Source: Longimicrobiales bacterium
GTDB lineage: Bacteria > Gemmatimonadota > Gemmatimonadetes > Longimicrobiales > Gaopeijiaceae
Direction: 5' to 3'
Length of the DNA stretch: 64,000 nt
Assembly (NCBI GenBank): GCA_965249725.1
Contig: CBDFMQ010000002.1
Location: 1,504,001-1,568,000 of the forward strand
Shown: in pieces, positions 38,514 through 47,349 of the stretch
Numbering within the stretch: position 1 is the stretch's first letter
Layout: every line of letters begins with the position of its first letter
Made by a program: the position numbers and the translations under genes
Notes under the pieces: generated by a model
Told to the model about the DNA's origin: nothing
Seen by the model: only the letters and a program-made list of their open reading frames with translations
Databases searched by the model: none

Positions 38514-39629
38514 GTGGCTAACATCGAACGGATTCCCGCCAACAAGGACCAAGTGGTCAAGAAACGGCTGCGAGAGGTGAGGGAGAAGGAGGGGTGGGGT
38601 TTCCGAAAGACTAGGACGAAGGTGCTTGCTGTGCTCAAGCAGGTGGACCCCGAGGCCAAGCTTCACCCCCCGGATGTGAAGCGCTTCGAGGGGAGTGACG
38701 AGCGCAAGACGCGACCGCCAGTATGGTACGTGGAGGCGTTTGCCGAGGCCGCCGGAGTGCCCGTCAGTTACCTAATGGCCGACGACATCTCGCCTTGGTC
38801 CATCAAAGAGTTCGAGACCGTCTTTAGGGAGATCCAAAGGGACTACCGGAGTCGCCTCGCGCATCCCACCAGCACCAACGAAGAGCGAACAAGGGAGGAG
38901 CTCAGGGACAAGGTCGCGAAGACGCTTCTTCTCGCTTCGGGCATCCCGCTACCCCGCCAGAAGAACCCACTGGGACGCCATCGGGATGACGTTCTGGCTG
39001 AGATCTATGCGGATATGCAGGTGCTCTACTGGGAGGCATTTTGGGGCAGGGAGTTCACGGAGCACGAACAGTTCCTGGACGCTGCGATGCAACTCGGGCG
39101 GCTAATTCCCTCACCTGCAAAACTTCCAGAACAGGGCTTTCTGCCGCTCGAAGAGGTAAGCGAGGACCGACTCCGGCGATGGTGGGTGCTACAGGCCGAA
39201 GCCCTCCGTGTTCTGTTGCGGCCCGGCGAGTTTGAGAAGGAAAAGATGAACCTCGGTCGAGGTGGTGAGCTTGGCCCGCTCTCCTGGGCGGAGCTCATGA
39301 AGAACCGTAGCAAGCTGGCAATCCCATGGGACGACGAGAACGCGATTCGGGCCGCCGCGTCGCCAGCCAAGTCGGAAGAAGAACAGGAAGAAGAGGCCGC
39401 ACGTGCAAAGCGGGTCACCCAGAAGACGCGTAAAAGGGAAGAGGTCGCGCGAATCAAGTCGCCGGAGGATCGCAAGCGCGCGATGGATGAGGCCTACCAC
39501 GAAGGGGCGTTAGAGAAGAGGGAACGGTGGGCGAGGGAGCAGGACCAGATTCCGGGGGACTCGGCCATGAGTACAGCCGAGCCAATTGAAGAAACCGACG
39601 AGTCAGGAGAAGGAGGCGAAGATGCCTAA
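38514..39629 (+). CDS. XRE/CI-like repressor with a long C-terminal domain
   Basis: RLREVREKEGWG...PPVWYVEAFAEAAGVPVSYLM; GGAGG RBS; divergent from the HTH-rep operon. Confidence 0.6.
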   Translation: MANIERIPANKDQVVKKRLREVREKEGWGFRKTRTKVLAVLKQVDPEAKLHPPDVKRFEGSDERKTRPPVWYVEAFAEAAGVPVSYLMADDISPWSIKEFETVFREIQRDYRSRLAHPTSTNEERTREELRDKVAKTLLLASGIPLPRQKNPLGRHRDDVLAEIYADMQVLYWEAFWGREFTEHEQFLDAAMQLGRLIPSPAKLPEQGFLPLEEVSEDRLRRWWVLQAEALRVLLRPGEFEKEKMNLGRGGELGPLSWAELMKNRSKLAIPWDDENAIRAAASPAKSEEEQEEEAARAKRVTQKTRKREEVARIKSPEDRKRAMDEAYHEGALEKRERWAREQDQIPGDSAMSTAEPIEETDESGEGGEDA

Positions 39630-40833
39630 GAAGAAAGCCCACTGGTCGAAAATCATCGACGCAGACGGAATCAGCATTCGACTCTACGAGCGGCTGGGAG
39701 GCACAGCCGTCTACATGTCATTTAAGTGGGATGAAAAGAAGGTGCAGAGGAGCACGAAGCGCAGTGATAGACGGGAGGCGGGAGAGTACGCTCGCCGATT
39801 CGTCCACGGCCTAGTAGAAGATCGATTCCTGGGACGCGCTGGGCCGGTGACGTTGGCGCAGGTGTTCCGCGTCTATAGGACCCATCGCCTTCCCCTGCCG
39901 ACTGACTCGTGGCAGAAAGCCGCCGAGATGCGGCTCAGGCTCTTCGAGGTGGCGTGGGGCTCCAACCTCAGCGTCGATGACATCGGTCAGACACAAATCG
40001 ACTCTTTCGACCACCTCCGGCGCTCTGGCCAGTTGACGCCCGACCACAACCGTGCCCGTAAAGCAGTCCGAGCCGGAACAATAGACAGCGACCTTCAGTT
40101 CTTGAGCGCCGTGTTCAATTGGGCTCACAAGCACAAGGTCGATGGTCGGAGACTCTTGTCGGAAAACCCGCTCCGAGATGTCGAGTGGCCGAGGGAGGAG
40201 AACGTTCGCCGACCCATCGCCTCGCACGAGCGATTCATGAAGACGATGGGGCACGTGGATGCCATCGACTCCGGGGGCCGCCTACGTTGCATCCTGACGT
40301 TGGCCCGGCACACCGGGCGCCGAGAGAACGCCATCTGCCAACTACTCGCCAGTGACTTGCTCCGCACCGAAGCGGAAGTCGGAGCCGTGTTGAGTGCGCT
40401 CGGGCTCGATGAGCGCCAAGCTAAGCACTTCCCCCACGGAGGCATTCGGTGGAGGGCCGAGACGGATAAGACCGGACGCTATACAGTGACGCCGATCCGA
40501 CAGGACGTTCGTGAGGCGATGGACGCGTACCTGCGGCAAAACCCACGGGTAGGAGACGTGCCGCTCTTCCCCGCCCCGAAGGATGACAGCAAGGCCATCC
40601 GCCGGGACCTCGCCGCACGATGGCTCCTGAAGGCTGAGAAGCTCGCAGGGCTACCCAAGCTGGCCGGCGGCCAGTTCCATCCCTACCGGAGGCTGTGGGC
40701 TACGGAACGGAAGGATCTACCAGTCCAGGACGTGGCGGCTGCCGGTGGATGGAAGAGCATGGAGACCGTTCAACGCCTCTACCAGCAGGCGGACGGGGCA
40801 ACCACACTGGCGGCGGTGGAGGCCGGAGAGTGA
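39622..40833 (+). CDS. int: Tyrosine recombinase / integrase
   Basis: HTGRR (R), TDK (K), FHPYRR (HxxR), GGW, LYQQ (Y); adjacent to the tRNA att site. Confidence 0.92.
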   Translation: MPKKKAHWSKIIDADGISIRLYERLGGTAVYMSFKWDEKKVQRSTKRSDRREAGEYARRFVHGLVEDRFLGRAGPVTLAQVFRVYRTHRLPLPTDSWQKAAEMRLRLFEVAWGSNLSVDDIGQTQIDSFDHLRRSGQLTPDHNRARKAVRAGTIDSDLQFLSAVFNWAHKHKVDGRRLLSENPLRDVEWPREENVRRPIASHERFMKTMGHVDAIDSGGRLRCILTLARHTGRRENAICQLLASDLLRTEAEVGAVLSALGLDERQAKHFPHGGIRWRAETDKTGRYTVTPIRQDVREAMDAYLRQNPRVGDVPLFPAPKDDSKAIRRDLAARWLLKAEKLAGLPKLAGGQFHPYRRLWATERKDLPVQDVAAAGGWKSMETVQRLYQQADGATTLAAVEAGE

Positions 40834-40860
40834 CGCAGGGTCTCCTTTTCTTGTGTCCCG

Positions 40861-40885
40861 GTGGGATGCAAACGGGATGCAAAGC
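40861..40885 (+). repeat. Arm-type integrase-binding repeat (GGGATGCAAA x2)
   Basis: 24/25 identical to 18607-18631; lies between the int stop and the att core. Confidence 0.7.
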
Positions 40886-40954
40886 GAAAAAGAGGCGGAA
40901 CGTGAGATGGGACTACAAGCCCCAGAAGCCAGTTGCCTATTAGGCTTTCGCAAG

Positions 40955-41029
40955 TGGGCGGTGGCAGATTCGAACTGCCGACCTCCTGGGTGTAAACCAG
41001 GCGCTCTGAACCAACTGAGCTAACCGCCC
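40955..41029 (-). tRNA. tRNA-Val(TAC), CCA not encoded
   Basis: GGGCGGTTAGCTCAGTTGGTTCAGAGCGCCTGG-TTTACAC-CCAGGAGGTCGGCAGTTCGAATCTGCCACCGCCCA cloverleaf. Confidence 0.97.
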
Positions 41030-41108
41030 GTGGGGTATTCCTCCAGCAACCAAGCCAAGAACACCGACTTCCCGACACAACTGCCGATGGCGTGGTTCTC
41101 CCCGGGGC

Positions 41109-41175
41109 CTCCCCCAGCTGCCCGGTATCCAACAAGACGTGCAACATAGTCTCGTCGTCGGCCTGAGTGTAGATG
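41109..41175 (-). pseudogene. Integrase C-terminal fragment (copy 1)
   Basis: IYTQADDETMLHVLLDTGQLGE; 56/67 identical to 44360-44426. Confidence 0.55.
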
Positions 41176-41348
41176 CCTGTACCACGGCACGGCACTCCCG
41201 CCCGCTCGCCCCGGCATGGATTAGAGGTGAGCCAGTCAGCTACTACGCCTGGAATAGGTTCAAGAAGTATTGGCTCCTACATCCCGCAGCGACAGTCCAG
41301 AACTGCTTGCAATAGAGAGAGCGTCGGGATTCCTCTCCCACTTCGGGC

Positions 41349-44179
41349 TCAACAGGGGTCGGAGAACACAAACACTCCTTTGGCTTGCAGAGCGGCCACG
41401 TCCGTGCAACTCACGCTCGTGCCACGAAGGTCAACGGTGTTCCCCGCTCCGAGCCCCGTGTTGTCGAGCAGTGGCTGAATGTCGGTGAGGCCGGCGTTGA
41501 ATTGGAGGCGGAGAAAAGTCAGGCTTGTGAGCCCGCTCAGCACGCTGACGTCGCTGATCAAGTTGCTGGGGAGGAAGAGGAGCGTCAGGCTCGTGAGCTC
41601 GCTCAGCGCGCCGAGGTCGCTGATCGTGTTGGCGGAGAGGAAGAGGAGCGTCAGGCTCGTGAGCTCGCTCACCGCGCCGAGGTCGCTGATCGTGTTGAAG
41701 CTGAGCCGCAGGTCCGTCAGGCTCGTGAGCTCGCTCAGCGCGCCGATGTCGGTGATCGTGTTGTTGGAGAGGCCGAGGTGTGTCAGGCCCGTGAGCTCGC
41801 TCAGCGCGCCGATGTCGGTGATCGTGTTGAAGCGGAGGCCAAGGAAGGTCAGGCTCGTGAGATTCTGGATCCCCACCAAGCTCACGATCCCAAGGGAGTA
41901 GGCATCCATAGCCGTCAGCCACGATATCCGGCTGCAGGTGAGATCGTCCAGCGGGCCGAGCGCGAGCGCCACCCTGATCGCCGCGTCCAGGTTGGTATCC
42001 TCGAACGTCGCGATGGCAGAGGCGGGGTGATCGCTGCAGAGGTCGCCGGGCAAAAGTTCCGTCGTCCCGATTACCTCGGGGAGCCTCACGAATACGATTG
42101 TCGTGACCGGATCCTCATCCACAACAACCACGGTCAGCGTGTTGCCGGAGATAGTGTACTGGAGATCCTCGTCGTCGCACCCCGGGTCACAGATGAAGAA
42201 GCGAGTGCCCATGACATACCACGTGCCGTCGTCGGTGCAGCTGGTCTCCTCGTCGCAAAACAATTCCTGCGTGTCGCCGGCAACGGACTCCAAGAACGTT
42301 CCGTCGCCCATCAAATTGATAATGAACTGGGTGCTCGTTCCAACGAGCAATTCCACGCCGTTCTGCAAGACACTTGTGGCCCTCCATAACCCGACTAGGC
42401 TAGGTCCAATAGCCACGACAGTGGCACTGCCCGAGTTGTTGCTCGGATCGTCCTCCTGGTGCTCCAGCACCGCAGCGGTTGCCGTGTTCGTGAGCGTCTC
42501 GCCGGCAAAGCCTTCAGCCACCACGGCCGTTATCGTGAGGCGGACCAGGGCCCCCGGGGCCAGGCTCGGGATCGTCCACTCGCCGGTGCTGGGATTGAAC
42601 GCTCCATCGGACGAACGAACTGGAGTCCCGGGGGCAGATGGTCGGTGACCACGATGTGGTCGGCCCGGTCGGGCCCGTGGTTCGTGACGGCGATCGTGAA
42701 CACGACCTCCTCCGCCTCATGGACTTCGACCTGGTCGGCCTCCTTGGTGACCGCGATGTCGGCGACCCGTCGGCCCACGTCCACGAGCGCGGACGCCACG
42801 TTGTTGGACGGATCGTCGGTCTGATCGGTCAGCTGGGCAGCCGATGCGACGTTCTCCAGGGTCTCGCCTCCGGTCCCGTCGGCCAACGTGGCGACGATGG
42901 TGAGCGTGGCGGACGCCCCCGGCGCGAGGCTTCCCACGTCCCAGGCGCCAACAGGGTCGACGCTCCCGCTGGACGGCGTCATGGTCTCGAAGAACATGCC
43001 GTAGGGCTCGGGGTCGTCCACCTTGACCCCGGTAGCCGTCGCCGGGCCGTTGTTGACCACCGTGACCGTGAAGGTCACCAGGTCCCCCTCCAGCGCCGTC
43101 GGCTTGTCCACAACCTTGGTCACCGCGATGTCGGCCGTCAGGAGCGAGACTTCGAAGTCCTGGCTGGTGGCCGGATTGAGGCCCTGGGCGGTAGCAAAGA
43201 GCCGGAACAACCCGGCATCGGGACTGACCAGACCCTCGAACGTGGCGAGGCCCGCCACGGCGTCGACCGTGGTGGTGCCGTTCAGCTCGGCGGCCTGCGG
43301 TGCACCGACTTCGCCTGGTGCGGCTGCGGCGGCCGCAGCCACCACCGCTGCGGCCCGATTCTGTAGCTCGAGCGTGATCGAGCCCGTGTAGCTTGCGACG
43401 CGATCGCCCCGGGCGTCCACCGCCTCGACGCTGGGAGCGGGCTCGAGAGGCTGGTCGACTTCCACGGCGCCGGGCTGGGTCACAAAAGCCAGAGCGATGA
43501 CTCGCGGCAACACCAACAGGCTGAGGCTGGCCGATTCGGTTCCAGCGAGCACGGTGATGTCGACCGGGCCGGGAAGGTGCGCCTGAAGGAAGCCCCCCTG
43601 GGTCACCGTAGCGATCGACGAATTCGAGCTGTCCCAAATCAGTGTCGGAGTGCCGGGCTCGCTCATCTTGACCTGGGCTTGCAGCTGGAGCCCGTCGCCT
43701 TCGGTTACGGGGCCGGCTTCGAGCAACGTGAGCGACGTCACGAAGTTGTTGCTCAAGGGCCCGTGCACGAGCTGAGCCTCCTGGACTTGAGTTTGCGCGG
43801 TGAGGACGAACTCGGCGGTGACGCCCGAAAACTCCACCGCCCCGACCGCATTGACGGCCTCGAATGTGAGGTAGATCGCCTCCTGAGTGGCTTCGAACTC
43901 GCAGGTGACGACCCACTCGGTCAGGGTTGGATCGACCGACTCGACACATACCGCGAGGACGGCATCGTCGGACGCCCGCTTGACCGTCACCCGGATCTCC
44001 TCGACGGCGGCAGCCTGGTCGGTTGTGGTTCCCTGGGGGAAGACGGTCCGCAGACCTACCCCCACTGTCCCAGGGGAGGCTTGCCCGACTGGAGACGACC
44101 CGTCTACGCAGGAGGAGACCAGCAAGAGAGAAACAAGACCACAAAGGCCCAGAAGCCGTCGAGACACCATGGAGACCAT
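41349..44179 (-). pseudogene. Large lipoprotein with Ig-like, two DUF11, lipocalin-like and internalin-type LRR domains; frameshift near 42610
   Basis: LVSSC lipobox; ADIAVTK..VTFTVTVVNNGP repeats; second frame continues FNPSTGEWTIPSLAPG; 22-aa LxxLxxLxLxxNxIxD repeats. Confidence 0.75.
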
Positions 44180-44359
44180 CGCTGACGAGGAAGCGGAGGC
44201 TCGCTCCCTTAAAAAACAAATGTCGTGCTTACTTCAATCATGCGTCCATGAGGGTCATCCGGCAAACGCTTCGCGCGACTCGGTGTCGGCCGTCGCGGTA
44301 AGCACACCGCTCGAGGCCTCCAACCCCTTGGGTTTGGTTTAGGGTTGGTAGTCATCGGG

Positions 44360-44426
44360 CTCCCGCAGCTGCCCGGCGTTCAACACGACCTTCAAGGTAG
44401 TCTCGTCATCGGCCTGCGTGTAGATG
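44360..44426 (-). pseudogene. Integrase C-terminal fragment (copy 2)
   Basis: IYTQADDETTLKVVLNAGQLRE. Confidence 0.55.
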
Positions 44427-44427
44427 T

Positions 44428-45021
44428 CTACCATACGCCGGGGAAGAGCCGGTAACGAACCCGCGCAGCGTAGTCGGCGTAGCCGGGGAGCTTCGCCTGC
44501 AGTGTGCGGTCCTCGAGTGACGTACGGACGACAAGGGCGGCGATTGCGCCTAAGGCGGGGATGAACGCGCGGGCCGAGGACAGGAGAGGGGGAAGCGAGA
44601 GGATGAAGGCGAGCATGCCGACATATCCGGGGTGGCGCACGAACCGGTACGGGCCGGTGTCGACCGTGTGGTGCCCCCGTTCACTCTGAATGCGGACTGT
44701 CTTTTCAAAGAACGGGTTCTCACCCATGGCACGAAGGAAGAGGCCGCCGCCTAGTAGAAACAACGCAAGGCCAATCGGCTCCGCCCATGGAGGCAGCGGG
44801 GCCGAGCCGGAGTTGGCGTCGAATCCTGCAACCGCCGGGATCGCAAAGAACAACGGCGCGAACACTGCAAACCACACCCAGTCCCAGGTCTCAGTGCCTT
44901 TCTTAAGCCACATGCGGTGGCCAAGGACCTGAGGGTTCACGGCCCCTACATAGAGCAGTTGGCCGAAGCCGAAGATGAGCATGAGGCCCACAAAGCGACC
45001 CCAAGGGGAATCGGGTATCAT
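44428..45021 (-). CDS. Isoprenylcysteine carboxylmethyltransferase family protein
   Basis: GPYRFVRHPGY...EDRTL...PGYADY..RYRLFPGVW. Confidence 0.85.
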   Translation of the reverse strand: MIPDSPWGRFVGLMLIFGFGQLLYVGAVNPQVLGHRMWLKKGTETWDWVWFAVFAPLFFAIPAVAGFDANSGSAPLPPWAEPIGLALFLLGGGLFLRAMGENPFFEKTVRIQSERGHHTVDTGPYRFVRHPGYVGMLAFILSLPPLLSSARAFIPALGAIAALVVRTSLEDRTLQAKLPGYADYAARVRYRLFPGVW

Positions 45022-45101
45022 TCGAGCCAGTGGTCCGGCGGTGCCGAAGCAACTATCCCGGCAAGGTCGGCCACTCCCAGAGGTGACGATTCCATCGCGT
45101 G

Positions 45102-45488
45102 CTACTCGGCGCTCTGTTTGGGCAGGGACGCGTGCACCAGGAAGCCACCAAGCAGCACACCGCCCAAGCCGCCCCCGACGCGATATGCAGCGAGCTGTTC
45201 GACGAACCACCATCGAATCAGCCCTGCCCAGAGGTCGAGGGGCACGAATGGAAGGATGAGGCCCACGAGGAGCACCAGGGCTCCGAAGATCCGAAGGCCC
45301 CTAGGGTATCTGGTTGCCGAGGCGCTGAAGATCAGAAGGAGGCCGGTGATGATCCGAATCGAAGCCGCAATGTAGAGGCCGGTTCGCGACTCCCAGTCTG
45401 CAACCGACACGAGTTGCTCCGGCAAGACGGCGATCCAAACGCCCGAGAGAATCACGGCGCCGCCGAGGGCCGCCACTGGTTTGGACAT
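45102..45488 (-). CDS. Hypothetical membrane protein
   Basis: Four hydrophobic helices. Confidence 0.6.
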   Translation of the reverse strand: MSKPVAALGGAVILSGVWIAVLPEQLVSVADWESRTGLYIAASIRIITGLLLIFSASATRYPRGLRIFGALVLLVGLILPFVPLDLWAGLIRWWFVEQLAAYRVGGGLGGVLLGGFLVHASLPKQSAE

Positions 45489-45660
45489 GTCTACCTTTGA
45501 TCTGTTTGTTCGTCGGAAGCCTGTAGTACAAAGCGAAGCTGCAACCTAGCACCCCCGCCGGTGGGGCGGCACGTCGTAACAACATGCGTGGCGTCGGGCC
45601 ACCGGCTTGACCATCTTTCCCGTTGAAAAAGCACACCGCGAACACGAGTCGAGATCTGAT

Positions 45661-47028
45661 ATGACAACGCTGAAATCCTACAACCCGGCCGACGGCGAAC
45701 TGGTCGGTGACGTCCCGGTCACGTCTCCCGACGACATCCCGGCAATGGTGGATCGCGCACGAGCGGCCCAGCCGGCGTGGGAAGCTCTGGGGCACGAAGA
45801 ACGCGCGCGCCTACTGGCGAAGGCCTCCGAGACGTTCGCGGAGCGAGCCGAGGACCTGGGAAGACTGATCACCGAAGAGATGGGCAAGCCTCTGCCCGAG
45901 GGGATTGGCGAGGCAAAATCCCTGGCCTACGTAGGCGAGGAGCTCGAGGAGATCGGTGAGGCTCTGGCACCCGAGACGTTCGAGGACGGTCGGAACCACT
46001 CCACCGTGTATCACGACGCCCTCGGGGTTTGCGCGGCGATTACTCCGTGGAACTTCCCGATGTCCATGCCCCACTGGATGGTGCTTCCCGCGCTGGCAGC
46101 CGGGAACACGGTGATTCTCAAGCCATCGGAGGAGACGCCGCTCTGCGGTCAGGCATACGCTGACGTGCTGAACGCGGCGCTCCCACCCGACGTCCTACAG
46201 GTGGTCCACGGGGCGGACGACCAGGGCAAGCGGCTCGTGGAGAGTGACGTCGACCTCATCGCCTTCACGGGCTCCAGAGAGACCGGCAAGCACATTCTGA
46301 GAGCGGCCAGTGGCGAGTTGAAGCGCGTTATCCTGGAACTAGGGGGCAAGGACCCCATGGTCGTCCTCGAGAACGCCGATCTCGAGAGGGCAGCCAAGTT
46401 CGCGGCCATGAACAGCTTCAGGAACGCGGGGCAGGTCTGTGTGAGCACAGAACGCATCTTCGTGCCGGAGTCCATCGCCGATCGCTTCGAGGCCCTCCTC
46501 GTAGAGGCGGGTGAAGCCATGAAGCAGGGCGACGGCATGGAGGAGGGCGTCAAGGTGGGACCCATGGTCAATGCCCAGCAGCGAGACCATGTCCTGGGGC
46601 AGATCGACACGGCGGTAGCCGAAGGCGCGAAGGTCCTGTCAGGTGGTGCCGGCCACCACGACAACTTCGTCACCCCCACCATCCTCACTGACGTGAGCGA
46701 AGAGATGGGCATCGCCAAGGACGAGACCTTCGGGCCGGTAGCTTGCGTGACGCGCGTGGCCTCTGAGGAGGACGCCATCGAACGGGCCAATGCCACGCAC
46801 TTCGGGTTGGGCGCCGTCGTCTTCGGTGAGGACGACGAGCGGACGGCCCAGGTCGCCCGGCGACTGACCGCCGGAATGATCGGAATCAACAAGGCTGCTG
46901 GCGGTGCGGCGGGAACGCCGTGGGTCGGGGCCCGGCAGAGCGGCTACGGCTTCCACAAATCCAAGGACGGGCACCGCCAGTTCACGCAGACGCGCGTGGT
47001 CACGAAGCCGGTTCCCAGGACCTCCTAG
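45661..47028 (+). CDS. NAD(P)-dependent aldehyde dehydrogenase
   Basis: PWNFP, FTGS, ELGGKD, GQVC, ETFGP. Confidence 0.92.
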   Translation: MTTLKSYNPADGELVGDVPVTSPDDIPAMVDRARAAQPAWEALGHEERARLLAKASETFAERAEDLGRLITEEMGKPLPEGIGEAKSLAYVGEELEEIGEALAPETFEDGRNHSTVYHDALGVCAAITPWNFPMSMPHWMVLPALAAGNTVILKPSEETPLCGQAYADVLNAALPPDVLQVVHGADDQGKRLVESDVDLIAFTGSRETGKHILRAASGELKRVILELGGKDPMVVLENADLERAAKFAAMNSFRNAGQVCVSTERIFVPESIADRFEALLVEAGEAMKQGDGMEEGVKVGPMVNAQQRDHVLGQIDTAVAEGAKVLSGGAGHHDNFVTPTILTDVSEEMGIAKDETFGPVACVTRVASEEDAIERANATHFGLGAVVFGEDDERTAQVARRLTAGMIGINKAAGGAAGTPWVGARQSGYGFHKSKDGHRQFTQTRVVTKPVPRTS

Positions 47029-47094
47029 AGTCCGGCGATCACGAAGAGCGGTGACGACCGACGCCAATAACGGATGGATCAGGAGATCCGACCT

Positions 47095-47301
47095 CTACAG
47101 GATGATGGCCAGAGGTACGAGAAACACGTAGCCGACGACCAACAGGATCGGGGCCATCGTGATGGACCCTTGGGCGAGAAGCCAGTACCCCAACGTGATC
47201 GTGAGCAGTGCTCCGACTCCGAACGCCAGATTGACGGTGGAGAACTGCAGCGATGCCTTCTCTGCAGCTCCACCTGACTTCGCATCGTTCTTCTTGGCCA
47301 T
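47095..47301 (-). CDS. Small membrane protein (DUF3098-like)
   Basis: Two transmembrane helices; SITMAPILLVVGY. Confidence 0.55.
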   Translation of the reverse strand: MAKKNDAKSGGAAEKASLQFSTVNLAFGVGALLTITLGYWLLAQGSITMAPILLVVGYVFLVPLAIIL

Positions 47302-47349
47302 GGTCACGATCCTATTTGGCTCAGATTCCCCGGTCAACCGACCCGCGGG

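Larger units (their letters stand above)
18434..40996. mobile_element. Genomic island / satellite-like element integrated in tRNA-Val(TAC)
   Basis: 44-bp direct repeats, tyrosine integrase next to the tRNA, and matching 25-bp arm-like repeats inside both ends. Confidence 0.9.

Noticed and set aside
39622..40833. Island integrase as the integron integrase
   Set aside because: It is 10 kb from the array, next to the tRNA att site, and shows no recognisable IntI-specific motifs.
41349..41900. LRR repeats as a diversity-generating retroelement target
   Set aside because: No reverse transcriptase or template repeat in the window, and the repeats are in-frame protein repeats.
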